A stretch of DNA of 64,000 nt from Octopus vulgaris (GCA_951406725.2 OX597816.1:95046001-95110000), one strand, 5' to 3'. Positions 1 to 13,260 are shown, counted from the stretch's first letter. Made by a program: numbers and translations. Notes: generated by a model from the sequence alone, not told the origin.

Positions 1-511
1 AAAAATAAAACCAGTATTTGTAGGATTTGAACTCAGAATGGAAAAGAACTGAACTAATTAACTCAAAGTATTTTATGTAGCAATCTGTCATCCACCACCA
101 TCTGGTGCTGCACTAATTTAATGTTTGCAGGTATAAATGCTGGAATAGAAATTAAAACTAGTCTCTTATCATCATAGTTAGGCCCCAATAATGACAAATA
201 TGGTGGATATAGAAGTAGGAAAAGGAGGGAGAAGAAAAGGGGGAAAGAGAGAGAGAGGGGGAGAGAGAGAGTGGTGGTGAAGGAAGTAGTTAAAAGTGAT
301 TGAGAGAGAGAGACAGGAAAATTGATTGCCAAACAGAGTAAAAATGAGGGAAAATATTTGCTGAAATTATGTTTAATTATGGACATATGTAAATGATTTC
401 CCTTCAAAATTGATTTTGTTGTCAATATATATGCACATAGAAACACATCTGAATGCAAACTTAATTGATATAAAATTCATGAACAATGACACATATAGAC
501 ACACATGCACC

Positions 512-512
<1 letters not shown>

Positions 513-567
<55 letters not shown>
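513..567. repeat. (CA)n microsatellite
   Basis: Uninterrupted CA dinucleotide run. Confidence 0.95.
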
Positions 568-569
<2 letters not shown>

Positions 570-857
570 AATTAATGTTTGCAGGGAAAGGGTTGACAGT
601 CACTGTGAAGATTCGGCTTAGTACCTGTCATCAGACTGTAAGCCAAAACTTTGAGGTCACTGTTAAATTTTCCCTTGTAAAAATTAATATGTACTCTACT
701 AAAAAAGTTATTGGGCAGTTCTTCAATTTAATGTTGAATTGCTTTTATCTATAAATTTACTCTCTCTCTCTCTCTGTATGCTAGCATGGAAAAATGGGCA
801 TAAAATGATGATGATGATGATGATGATGATAATGATATATATATATATATATACGTA

Positions 858-1199
858 TAAAGGTAAAGACTCCCTTCATTCATGAATGACCATGGGATTG
901 AACCTAAAAAGTTACCCTACGAAGCACAAGTCTGGGCAAGGATGTTTATGGAAGACCAGCAGTTGTCCATGCATACCAGCCACCCTTTTCCATGCCACTG
1001 ATGTTATCCAAGGGAAAAACAAATGTTGATGCTGATATGGCTCGGCACCAGTGATGTCCACTCATTTCTAAAGCTGAGTGAACTGGAGCAAGGTGAAATA
1101 AAGCGTCTTGCTGAAGAACACAACACACAGCCTGGTCTTGGAATTGAACTCACTATCTCATGATTGTAAACCCAGCGCTCTAACCACTGAGCCATGCAC
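858..1199 (-). mobile_element. tRNA-derived SINE, family C (Nin/Deu-like central region)
   Basis: Minus strand: Pol III A box TGGCTCAGTGG and B box GAGTTCAATTCC, then GTGTTCTTCAGCAAGACGCTTTATTTCACCTTGCTCCAGTTCACTCAGC, also present at ~12.4 kb and ~32.6 kb. Confidence 0.75.
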
Positions 1200-2496
1200 T
1201 TTCAATAATGCAAACACACACACACGCGTGCATAATATATATTATTATAAACATGATTAAACTTAGAACCACTGAGTGAGTTGGTATTCTACAGAAAATA
1301 AAGAAAATATTGAACATAGAATAGCTGTGAAGTAACTAGCAAGCCGCTAAAGAGAACCAGCTAAGGACTCTATACCTTTAAGCCAAGTAACCCCTAACAA
1401 CAAATGCTGTCATTTTATTGCATTAAAAATTAGCTTTTGGAATGTAAGAAAATTTTTTCATTAAGAAACTTAGAAGCACTGAATGATTTGGTGTTCTATA
1501 GAAAATGAAGGAAACCTTGTATGCAGAATAACTGTGAAAACAGCTTTGAAGATCAGGTAAATACCCTAATAAGATGGAAAAGTGACCAGAAAGCTGCTAC
1601 AGAAAATTGAACTTTATACCTCTGATATTCTGGTTGAGCACTCTTTACTATTAAGGTAAGCAACCATGGTAGAGGGTTTGATTCTCTGTAGTGACTTGTT
1701 GGCAACTTTTTCCATATTGTGAGGGGATATGCTCGATTGTCTAAGCTGTTTTCCCACCTATTCTGCATTCGAGATTTCTTTTATTTTATGTAGAATGTGT
1801 GTATCTCATAGTGTATCCAAAAATTACTATCCTCACCAAGTAGGCTTGGTGAAGTTACCAGTTTAGTTGCCAATGACTCAACCATGCAACATGTTGCACT
1901 GAGTTCCATGTTATCAGTAGCATTCTAGAGAGACTTAACATAACACATACGCGTGCGCACACACACACACATGCACGTATACACACACACATGCACACAC
2001 ACATACAAGACACACACACACACACACAACATATACACACTTATTGTGAAATTGTTGAAGCACACATTCTATGCTGCTGATGTAGTCATTAAGGATAATT
2101 AACCAGACATAAACATCAGTACTGGAAGATAGTAAGAACTGCAGTTGATTGTTTTTATAAGTCTCTCATTATTATTATCTCTTATTACAAGCACTGTATT
2201 GGTCTTGTGAGCCATGACACTCAACTCTTCATTACTTTTCATACTGAATATTATGTATTCTCTGCACATGATTGTTTATTGTCATGTCATTGTGACCTGA
2301 GCATTAGATAGTATTAATTCTAATATTCCAAAACATCAGCTGAGCTACCTTAGTAAAACTACCATATACTTTATATTTTAATATTCAGTTCACTTGTAAG
2401 CAGAAATGTAGCTGAGAGGAGGAAGAAAACAAAATGGAATGTTTTGGATTATAATTTGTCATCTTAAAAAAAATAAGAAATTGTACTTCAAAGAGA

Positions 2497-2498
<2 letters not shown>

Positions 2499-2527
<29 letters not shown>

Positions 2528-2870
2528 TGTATGTATGTATGTATGTATGTATGTATGTATGTATGTATGTATGTATGTATGTATGTATGCATGTATGCAT
2601 GCATGCATGTATGTACATATGTGTGTGTGTGTATCTGTGTATCTGTGTATGTACATATGTATGTATGTATGTATGTACATATGTATGTATGTATGTACAT
2701 ATGTGTGTGTGTGTATCTCTGTATATGTGTATGTACATATGTATGTGTGTGTGTGTGTGTGAGTGTGTATATGTGTATGTACATACATATGTATGAATAT
2801 ATTTATGAGCATGTATGTTTGTGTGTATGTATGTATATGTATCTATGTATGTGTGTTTGTATGTAAGTAT
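2499..2870. repeat. Compound (TATG)n/(TG)n microsatellite
   Basis: Long TATG run decaying into mixed TG/TATG; explains the MYVC/HTYI ORFs. Confidence 0.95.
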
Positions 2871-3138
2871 GCATATATCTAGCACGCATTTAATTGTCCT
2901 CTTTAATATTTTCCCTTTCTCTCTCATGTAATTTTGGGGCTTGCTTCTCTCATGACATTTGGGGTTTCACACATGCTAAAAGCAATTCCCCCTAATTCTT
3001 TCTTGTCCATTTGTCTCCTTTTGAATTTATGTATTTTGCATGTTTAACTCACTTCCGTCACCACATCCATCCTTAATAGGCAGCTTCATAATGTAAATGG
3101 ACAACATAAGATATGTATATATATATAAAACAATAAAC

Positions 3139-3439
3139 ATTGCCCTTTTCAAGCCTAGCCAGGCTCATGGGCCCGGTTTCCCAGTTTCTGTGGCATATGT
3201 GTTCCCCTCAGCTGGACAGGACACCAGTGCATTACAGCATTACTCAAGAAACAGGAAGAGAGAGTGAGAGAAAGTTGTGGCGAAAGAGTACAACAGGGGT
3301 CGCCACCAACCCCTGCCAGAGCCTCGTGGAGCTTTTAGGTGTTTTTGCTCAATAAACACACATAATGCCCGGTCTGAGAATCGAAACCGCAATCCTCTGA
3401 CCGTGAGTCTGCTGCCCTAACCACTGGGCCATTGCGCCT
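3139..3439 (-). mobile_element. tRNA-derived SINE with V-domain-like body
   Basis: Minus strand: A box TGGCCCAGTGG, B box GGTTTCGATTCT, body CTGTAATGCACTGGTGTCCTGTCCAG resembling the V-SINE domain (recognised from memory). Confidence 0.65.
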
Positions 3440-3443
3440 CCAC

Positions 3444-3525
<82 letters not shown>

Positions 3526-3559
3526 TGTATGTATGTATGTATGTATGTATGTATGTATG

Positions 3560-3590
<31 letters not shown>

Positions 3591-3594
<4 letters not shown>

Positions 3595-5470
3595 CAGTTT
3601 GGGTTCGTGCCAGGGAAAAGCACCACTGATGCTATATTCCTGGTAAGGCAGCTGCAGGAGAAATACCTAGCCAAAGATAAGCCCCTGTACCTGGCTTTCG
3701 TTGACATGGAGAAAGCCTTTGATAGGGTCCCCCGATCCCTCATCTGGTGGTCAATGAGGAAACTAGGGATAGATGAATGGCTGGTGAGGGCTGTGCAAGC
3801 CATGTACAGAGATGCCGTAAGTAAGGTTAGGGTTGGCAACATGTACACAGAAGAATTCAAAGTAGAGGTTGGGGTCCACCAGGGTTCAGTACTCAACCCC
3901 CTCCTATTTATCATAGTCCTCCAGGCAATTGTGGAGGAATTCAAGACAGGTTGCCCCTGGGAGCTCCTCTATGCTGACGACCTCACTCTAATTGCTGAGT
4001 CACTATCAGAACTGGAGGAGAAGTTCCAGGTGTGGAAGGAGGGTTTAGAATCGAGGGGCCTTAGAGTCAACCTAGCTAAAACCAAAGTACTAATAAGTAG
4101 AAAGGTAGACAATCCACAAATATCCTCAGGAAGATGGCCCTGCTCGATCTGTAGAAAAGGTGTAGGTAGAAACTCTATAAGATGTACCCAGTGTAAGCTA
4201 TGGACACATAAGAGGTGCAGCAATGTCAAAGGTAGGCTAACTGGGAAGTTAGTTTTTGTATGTGGCAGATGCTCAGGAGCATTGACCTCCGAAAATCTGC
4301 AGAAAACAACTTCCGTCACTTTCCAGGGGGAAAAACTAGAAGTAGTTGATAGCTTCTGTTATCTAGGTGACCAAGTCAGTAGTGGGGGTGGGTGCGCTGA
4401 AAGTGTAACTGCTAGAATAAGAATAGCCTGGGCAAAGTTTAGAGAGCTCTTACCTCTGCTGGTGACTAAAGGCCTCTCGCTCAGAGTAAAAGGCAGACTG
4501 TATGATGCATGTATATGAACAGCCATGCTACATGGCAGTGATACATGGGCCGTGACTGCTGAGGACATGCGTAAGCTCGTGAGGAATGAAGCCAGTATGC
4601 TCCGATGGATGTGTAATGTCAGTGTACATACTCGACAGAGCGTTAGTACCTTGAGAGAAATGTTGTACCTAAGAAGCATCAGTTGTGGTGTGCAAGGGAG
4701 ATGATTGCGCTGGTATGGTCATGTGGCGAGAATGGATGAAGATAGGTGTGTGTGAGAAAGTGCCAATCCCTAGCAGTTGAGGGAACCCGTGGAAGAGGTA
4801 GACCCAGGAAAACCTGGGACGAGGTGGTGAAGCACGACCTTCGAACGTTAGGTCTCACCATGGAAATGACTAGAGACCGAGACCTATGGAAGTATGCTGT
4901 GTGTGAGAAGACCCGACAAGACTAGTGAAGCCATAACCCGTGGCCCCTACCTGGGACGTAGTCAGTCCACCTGTGCATACCGTCCTCATTGTGACAGTTG
5001 TGAAGACCTGTTGAGGCAAGTGAAAATCAAAATCAAAATCAAAATCAAATCAAATCAAACCAAATAAAAATAGATGAACATCAATGGAATTTGTATCCTT
5101 GTGGGTGGCACATAAGAAAACCATCTGAACGTGACCGTAGCCAGTACCACATCGGCTGGCCTCCGTGCTGTGGGCACGTAACAAACAACATCCGAGCGTG
5201 GCCGTTCGCCAGCCTTGTCTGGCACCTGTGTCAGTGGCACATAAGAAAGCACCATCCGAGCGTGGCCATCTGCCAGCCTCGTCTGGCACCTGTGTCGGTG
5301 GCACATAAAATCACCCACTACACTCTCGGAGTGGTTGGCGTTAGGAAGGGCATCCAGCTGTAGAAACACTGCCAGATCTGACTGGCCTGGTGCAGCCTTC
5401 GAGCTTGCCAGACCCCAGTTGAACCGTCCAACCCATGCTAGCATGGAAAGCGGACGTTAAACGATGATGA

Positions 5471-5474
<4 letters not shown>
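3591..5474 (+). mobile_element. 5'-truncated RTE-clade LINE, flanked by (TA)n on both sides
   Basis: RT ORF, then a 3' UTR with (CAAAAT)n, ~60-bp tandem units, terminal hairpin CCATGCTAGCATGG and a (GAT)n tail. Confidence 0.92.
3592..4925 (+). pseudogene. RTE reverse transcriptase remnant with internal PHD finger (4141-4272)
   Basis: [59 protein letters not shown] at 4516-4518, a second TGA near 4702 and a frameshift in the TG run near 4750. Confidence 0.93.
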
Positions 5475-5563
<89 letters not shown>

Positions 5564-5584
5564 CATATATATATATATACATAC

Positions 5585-5622
<38 letters not shown>

Positions 5623-6390
5623 TCATGTGTCTGTGTGTACGGGGAGGGAACATGACTGCTGATGTTCTGGAGAAAATGGATAGACCTCAGTGGCTAGTGG
5701 GTTCACAGACGTTGGTCCACAGTAGAGAATACAAGCATCGGCAGAAAGGATATGCCAGATGAAATCGGGTAAACATAATATACAATTTAGAGTAAGGACT
5801 CGGTAGTGTCTTCTTGATATCAAGAAATCTTCCTAGGTGAATGTAGGAAAATAATGTGGTTAAGTTCTTCATAACCAATAATCAATTCGTTGTGGTCAGT
5901 TGTAAGATTTAGTTGCAAATGAAAAATCACAATAAAGAATTTGCTGAAGAACATGCAGTGCAAACATGGTAGGACTCAGTGCTAGTCAACTAAAGCAAAC
6001 CTAAATGAGTCAATGAGGAAGTTAAACCACTTTCAAATCACATCCAACAGTTGTACAAATAGGACATGTTAGATAATGTCCTTTTTGTACACAAGCCTCT
6101 TTTTTTTTCCCTCTCTTAAGTCTACCACATTCAGTCACTCAATACTACAAATGATATATGTTAAATTGTCCTTCATACTGTTTCTTTTTTTCTTTCCCCT
6201 CTCTAGCTTGTATTTAACGGTACCCTTTAATGTTTTCGTCTCTCTCCCTCTTTGTCTCTCTCTCTCTTTGTCTCTCTCTCCCTTCGTCTCTTTCTCTTTC
6301 CTTAAACTTAGAGCCCACTTGTAATTTCTTTCTTGTATTTTCCTTTACTAGCTTATGTATAATTGTATTATATAATGTTTTTCTTCTCCT

Positions 6391-6458
<68 letters not shown>

Positions 6459-6474
6459 GAACCCTACCCAAATG

Positions 6475-6722
6475 CTTCACAGGCAAGGAATAGCAGTAAA
6501 AATTCTTTTGGATGAGTAATAGTGACAGTAGGGGTGAGGGTAAGCATTCCGCTCATTGAGAAATGGATAAAATAATTGAGGTAGTCAGGGTGTCCAATTG
6601 GATAATCAAGCCAAGGCTAGTTATAGGCAACACAGTAGCAGTATTTATTTCTGGATATGCTTAACAGGGCAGGTTTAACAGAAGAAAAGGACTGCTTCTA
6701 TGAAACCTTTCTGAAGACCTTA
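6475..6722 (+). mobile_element. Decayed RTE APE-endonuclease fragment
   Basis: Broken translation KFFWMSNSDS..EKW..IIEVVRVSNWIIKPRLVIGNTVAVFISGYA..EKDCFYE, typical of the RTE endonuclease. Confidence 0.6.
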
Positions 6723-6935
6723 CTCCAGTTCACTCAGTTGGCAAAAATGAGGAGTACTTGTAATTCAAGCAGTCAGTCTTGTCACATTCTGTGTCACACT
6801 GAATCTCCCTGAGAATTATGTTAAGGGTGCACGTGTCTGTGGAACACTCAACCACTTGCAAGTTAATTTCACGAGCAGGCTGTTCTGTTGATTGGATCAA
6901 CTTGAACTCTTGTTGTTGTAACTGACAGAGCACTG
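6723..6935 (+). mobile_element. Headless SINE body (family C-like)
   Basis: Begins CTCCAGTTCACTCAGTTGGCAAAAATGAG, matching the family C central motif. Confidence 0.5.
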
Positions 6936-7170
6936 GTTTATATTTATGTATGTATGTGTATGTATGTATATGTATGTATATGTTGCTCTCTCTCTCTTTT
7001 TTTACTTACACATGTACACATACACACCTACTCACACACACATGTATATAGAGAGAAAGAGAGAGAGAGAATTAGAGAGTGAAATAAAGAGAAGGAGAGA
7101 GAGAGAGGGATCGTTAATTTTTTATTTCTTAGTATTTCTTATAATGCAGTCATTTATTTGGTATTTACTT

Positions 7171-7219
<49 letters not shown>

Positions 7220-8329
7220 TGATGATAATAATAACAATAATAATAATCAATTCAAAAACAACAACATCTGCAACAATAATCTTCTCAACAACTCTAATGA
7301 AACAATATCCATTTTCCTCACCTCCCAATCTCCTCGATCACCTTGAGTTATCTATCAATCTTAGGTTCCATCTCATTTGTTCCATAAATCAACCATAAAT
7401 AGGTAATGGAGCAGCTGAGAAAAAATTCTGTTCACATCACAGAAATAGCAAACATACTCAGTGAAAACGTCTCAAGATTCCTCTTGTTACATTCTCCAAC
7501 ATAACTTCCTTTCTGAATAACAAGCAACTAAATATCAAAGAAATTATTCCACCTCTCTGTAAATGTCTCCACCAGAATAGCTGCTGGCAGAATAGAAACA
7601 AAAGTGGTGTTCGTGTTTTTTTTATCATTTTCATTTTCATGAATATGCCAATGCATGATTTTGTTTCTTATATTCTCTCAATCATTTTCCCATCAAGCTT
7701 TTTTCTTCTTTACAATTTCTCCAAGAAAATTGTAAATGTTTTATTTTATTATTTTATTTTGATTTATTTTATTATACATTTCCTTCTCTTCTATTTTTAT
7801 ATATTTTATATTTTTTTTCCCCAAAACGTTGAAATCAAATTCTCCTTGTTTCAATTTTTTTCCTTCCAGCTGATTCAACTATGATCTGCCATGTCATATT
7901 TTTCCATTAAGTACTTTTCTCACTACTAACAATTATGACATACCTGCAAAGACATACATCTACTTGCTATTTCCTCATGTTTTCTAATGATTTCTTCTTC
8001 TTAGGAAAGACATTACTACCATACTTCCCACTTGGCATTAAATCTGAACCATCACTGTGGATATTACTTCTTGGCTGGTTCATTCAAATATTAAGAATAT
8101 ATATAAAGGAATGGGATTACAATCATCTTTATTTGATGTAACAATAATCAATGATATATAATAAATTCTTATTTTGGTATCATGCACTTGTGTTGTTCTT
8201 GTCTTTCACAATAACATTGCTAAAGATGAAAGTAATATTATGCTTTACAACAGAATTTCTAAAATGTACTTTGTATTCCTTCTCAAACTTCCAACTTTCA
8301 GAGTTTTTATGTAATCATTAATAATTCAT

Positions 8330-8935
8330 GCATAAAGCCAACAATTCTGAGGCTGGGGGTTCATTGCATCAATACCAGTACTTGACTAGTATAACATTTT
8401 ATTGACAAAGGACCAAGATATCTAGTGCCTTGCTGTATGCAAGACCTGTCCTCCACAACAGAGTAATTAATGCCACTCCCCCTGCTGAAGAAGATTGGCC
8501 TGCAAGAGCCCTGTGCTGGTGCCAAATAAAAAGCTTCTGTGCCAGTGCCATATAATAGCACCCATGCTGGTGCCATGCAAAAGCACCTATGCTGGTGCTA
8601 CATAAGAGGCACCCAGCACAATCTGTAAAGTGGTTGGAAGGTTGGTGTTAGGAAGGGCATCCAGTCATAGAAACCATGCCACATCAGACTGGAATCTGGT
8701 GCAGCTCTCCTGCTTGCTGACTCTGGTCAAATTGTCCAATCCATACCAGCATGGGAAAATGGATATTAAATGACAATGACAACGATGATGAAAATGATGA
8801 TAATTATGATGATGACTCTGAAAGTATGAAAGGCAAAGTTGACTTCAGCATTTGAACACAGAAAGTAAAGAGTTGGTAAAAATGCTACAGGGCACTTTTT
8901 TTAATTCCGCAATGATTCTGTCAATCTACCACTTT
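8330..8935 (-). mobile_element. Family B SINE split by a plus-strand RTE-tail repeat (~8407-8815)
   Basis: SINE halves (CAGTACTTGACTAG..TTTATTGAC / TGAAAGGCAAAGTTGAC..TTTGAACACAG) flank a GTTAGGAAGGGCATCCAG...CAGCATGG...(GAT)n repeat. Confidence 0.65.
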
Positions 8936-9487
8936 AATGATGTAATATAGTAATAAGATGTTCTTATTGATGGATCCCATTGTTGGTTTGAACTGACCCA
9001 AAGCTGAAAAACAATGTATTATAAAACTGTAAAATAGTTCATTAGCATACAGCTCTGAGCTTAATCACTCTATTAGAGGTAGTAAGAAGAAATGTTGCAT
9101 TCAATAGATCTTATCCAGAAGGCGGACTACCTGTTGATAATATGCACAAACATGAACACTCAAGTGGTTGACGATCAACTAATAAAACAATCATGAAAGA
9201 AAAAAAAGAAAAGTTCAATAAATGCATGTTTGATCCTGTGTAGAAATGTGGAGTGAATGTTTTGTGAAGTTACAGCTATATCATAGGACTATTCAGTCAA
9301 ACCTGTCTACTGTGACTCAAACAGCAAAAGCCATAAAAAAAACCTAGCAGTATTCCTTCACTAATGTAAATAGTTGGATTTGGTAAATCTTCTCTGATAT
9401 CTTCTTACATCATATTAAATTGGTTGTCTGGTTTTGTGTTACAAACAGTATTAACTATAAGAAACTGATATTTTTCTTCAACAAATA

Positions 9488-9679
9488 GGCACAGGCTGTG
9501 TGGTAAGAAGCTTGCTTCCCTGCTATATGGTTCCAGGTTCAATCCCACAGCATAGCACCTTGGGCAAGTGACTTCTACTATAGCCTTGTGTTGACTATAG
9601 CCTTGTGTTGACTATAGCCTTGGGTTGACTATAGCCTTGTGAATGGATTTGGTATATAGAAACTGAAAGAAGTCCATTG

Positions 9680-9741
<62 letters not shown>

Positions 9742-9955
9742 TTTGTGTCTGTGTTTGATCTCCACCACCACTTGACAACTGGAGTTGGTGTGTTTACATC
9801 CTGGTAGCTTAACAGTTTAACAAAAGAGACCGATAGATTAAGTATCAGGCTTTAATAAAAAAATAAGTATTGGGGTCAATTCATTCGACTGTAAATTCTT
9901 CAAGGTTGTACCCCAGTATGGCCACAGTATGAGTAAATCAAGTAAAAGGTAAAAA
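9488..9955 (+). mobile_element. Full-length family A SINE (tRNA head, CORE-like, internal (TA)(TG)n, CR1-type tail)
   Basis: GGCTGTGTGGTAAG A box, GGTTCAATCCC B box, CACCTTGGGCAAGT CORE-like motif, a local 17-bp unit repeated about three times, tail CCCCAGTATGGCCACAG. Confidence 0.85.
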
Positions 9956-9970
9956 ATAAATACACACACG

Positions 9971-10005
<35 letters not shown>

Positions 10006-10029
10006 CACACACACACACGTGTGTATGCA

Positions 10030-11572
10030 TGTCATTGTTCAGTTTTATTTCAAGATTTCTGGCCAATAGAGAATGAGCTGGTTTCTAACCTAGATCCAAG
10101 GTTCCTTCATTGGAATTTCAACATAAACAACAGGGTATTTTTGTTTGTATGTATGTATGAATGTATGTATGTATATGTGCAGATTTGTATGTTTTGTTTT
10201 ATCTATATATTTTCATGCATATAGTTGCATATCTAGACGTGATGGATTGGATCTGTAGTCTTGGAATTAGCTTCCTCCTTTCTAGTTTTGAGAAAACTAA
10301 TGTCTCAAGATTGGTATTTAGGCAGTGTGTTATGTATCCCAGGGCCCCAATAATTACAGGTATAAACCTGAACTTCTAATCTGCAGATTTCTCAATAGTT
10401 CGGCATGGATAGTCTCTTTTTCACTGATCTTCAGCTTTATGTTAACATCTGCTGAGCAGCTAATTTTCATAACTGTACACACTTTCTCATCTCTATCCCA
10501 AATTGTTATATCAGGTCTGTTATGCTTACGTTTTTATTGAGGTTTTCACTGGGACATTCCACCAGTACTCCTTTTTATTATGAGTGGTTATGGCTTTTAC
10601 TGTACTGTTCTCAGGGTTATCCTTCCAACGGATTTCATTATAGAGTGTCCTTGCTACAACATCATGTCTCATTGGTAGATAACACCGTGATAACATAATT
10701 GGGCAACTACTTTTGATGTGGGTGATATCTTCAGTGTTAACTCCACATTTTACTGGTTTTCTTGCATCTCTATCCCTTTTGTGTATCAGGTATTTGGTTG
10801 ATATTTCTTGTTCCTGGATTGCAAACGCATACCCTTCAAAGCAGGAGGTAGTAATCCAGCTATTGGTCCATGATATACTGCTTTGATGATCAATGCTATT
10901 ATCATCTCGGAGCTTTCTACTAACATATTCATGCATAATCTTCTGCTCAAATAGGCTCATCCTTTCATCTGATGATATGTTGTGGTAGAGTCATGTATTT
11001 AAGGTTATCAGACAAAGAATGTTGCTCAATGAGCTACATTTCAAGTCTTATGTTGTTATCAGCCTCATGTATGCCAACTTGGTCGAGGGATGCACTTTAA
11101 CACTTGGTGGTTAAAAGATGTTGCTGAAAGGATATGATATGACACTCAAAGGCAATTTGGATCAATGTTAAGCCTCTGCTGCCTTGTTTTCATTTTAGGT
11201 AGAGGTGGTTTACATCACTGTTTATGTGGAAATTGTGTGCTTGTTAGTATTTTTCAGGTTTTCTCATCAATAGCTCGGATCTCATCAAGCATTTAATCAA
11301 GCAGCCCAAATGTTGGTATGATTACTAGCACTGCAAATACATTGTGAGCTACTGTTTTATTGAATGCAGAGAGTTTTGAGGTCCAAATTTTCTTTATTCG
11401 GCTGTAATATTCTTTTGTGACACATGTTTTGTTACAGGTGCTATTGTAAGATATGTTTACATCCACTTCTAGACACCTGTAACATTCCTTGTCAGATATA
11501 GGGGAAACAGTCAAATCACTGATGGAGATGTTACTAGTCTGGTTTATAGTTTTCCCCCTTTTCACAACATCA
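10030..11572 (-). mobile_element. Decayed RLE-type non-LTR retrotransposon (R4/NeSL-like), 3' part
   Basis: EGYAFAIQEQEISTKY, CGVNTEDITHIKSSC, MRHDVVAR, EYWWNVPVKTS and LSAFNKTVAHNVFAVLVIIPTFG. Same family as 39721-40480. Confidence 0.85.
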
Positions 11573-11948
11573 TAGATAAATGACTGGGCTTGTTAATAAT
11601 TTCTTTCAAAAAATATCAAGTTAATATTTTCTTCGATTCTTAAAAGAAAACTTTAAAAAGACAGAAGACAAAAGAGAAAAAATCCTTTATTGAAAATGAA
11701 ACATTAGCTCACTTTTTGTTGATGTTTTCTGGCTTGAAAGAAATTTGACTTGTTTACAACATAATTCCAAAGTAGAATGGCTGTTTATATTTGCAACTGA
11801 AATGGATGAGGGTTGTGGAACATGAAAGCTCCTGGCAAGTTTAGACTGTAAACTGATTTCAATTCTGAGTTGATGGAAGTCACTTAAGCTTTTGATGCCT
11901 TTGGTGATACACACACACACACACATACAATACAGCTTCTTAGTTTCT

Positions 11949-11962
11949 GTTTCTATAGCAAC
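11949..11962. promoter_or_regulatory. Candidate RFX X-box motif
   Basis: GTTTCT AT AGCAAC fits the X-box consensus and lies in non-repetitive sequence. Motif match only. Confidence 0.3.
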
Positions 11963-12329
11963 AAAGAGTTTCTCTAGGTGTTTCTCTTGTTGTATTGATC
12001 AAACTTAAGAAATGAATATGATGTTGCATAATATAGAGACAAGAGCCCAGAATGTAGAAGATAAGAGGGAGCTTAAGAGAAATGAGTATGTAATATAAAC
12101 CTGCATAAAAATGAGAGCATGATGGAGAGCTGGTTATTGTAAATTTTAATGCAAACAAAAACAACTGCACTGGAGTAGAAAAAGATAGAAGTGTTGAAAT
12201 CAGATTGATCTTTGGCTGGTGGATTGCACATATGAGATGACAAAAGATCACAATGAATAATGATACAAGTATGACGTCTCTTCATTTTACAAAAGAAAAA
12301 AAAGGATAAAGTTCCTTCTTTAGTCATAT

Positions 12330-12545
12330 AGACTCATAGCATCAGTTTCCCTGATTCTCTGGCCCACAACCTACTCCTCACTGAACAAGAGGCCAGTCCA
12401 TCCCAGGGATACTCATCTTTGTTTGCTGAGTGGACTGGAACAACATGAAATGAAGTGTTTTCACACAAGAACTCAATGCATTGCTTGGAATTGAAACCAC
12501 AATCTTATGATTACAAATCCAACACCTTAACTAAACTGTGTGCCT

Positions 12546-12546
<1 letters not shown>
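12330..12546 (-). mobile_element. Family C SINE
   Basis: Plus strand GCTGAGTGGACTGGAACAACATGAAATGAAGTG..GAATTGAAACCAC, the reverse of the family C head and body. Confidence 0.65.
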
Positions 12547-12587
<41 letters not shown>

Positions 12588-12588
<1 letters not shown>

Positions 12589-13260
12589 CAGGCTTCTTCC
12601 AGTTTCCATCTACCAAATCGACACGCAAGGCTCAAGGCTTAGAAGATGACACTTGCTCAAGGTGCCATGCAGTGGGACTAAACCTGGAAACATGCAGTTT
12701 AGGAAGCAAGCTTCTTACCACAGAGCCATGCCTGAATCTCTCTATCCCCCCCTCTCTCTCTCTATATATATATATATATGTATATCAACATCACCTTACT
12801 GGCACTTGTACTGGTGGCACATGTAAAACAACATTTGAGCAAGGTCATTGCCAGTGCCGCTGGACTGGATCCTGTGCAAGTGGCACATAAAAAACACCAC
12901 TTGAGTGTGGGCATTGCCAGTACTACATGGCTGGCCCGTAAAAGCAACCACTACACTCTTGGTGTGGTTGGTGTTAGGAAGGGCATCCAGCTGTAGAAAG
13001 TCTGCCAGATCAGATTGGAGCCTAGTGCAGCCATCTGGCTCACCAGTCTGTGTGTCTGTGTTTGTCCCCCCAACATTGCTTGACAACCGATGCTGGTGTG
13101 TTTATGTCCAAGCAACTTAGGGGTTCGGCAAAAGAGACTGATAGAATAAGTACTAGGCTTACAAAGAATAAGTCCTGGGGTCAATTTGCTCGACTAAAGG
13201 CGGTGCCCCAGCATGGCCACAGTCAAATGACTGAAAAAAGTAAAAGAGTAAAGAGTAAAA
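12588..13260. mobile_element. Cluster: family A head (-, ~12588-12734), RTE-tail repeat (+, ~12790-13045), family A tail (+, ~13045-13260)
   Basis: Similarity to 9488-9955 and 5105-5474. Confidence 0.75.

Noticed and set aside
1120-1199. tRNA gene (also other A/B-box matches)
   Set aside because: These are SINE heads continuing into SINE bodies; no complete cloverleaf.
2385-2927. Long ORFs with MYVC/HTYI repeats, and similar poly-L/I/K/V/Y ORFs elsewhere
   Set aside because: Translations of microsatellites; no coding evidence.
7452-7640. Minus-strand 60-aa ORF ending at a GTATGT donor
   Set aside because: A stop codon precedes the donor and no homology is recognisable; at most a non-coding exon.
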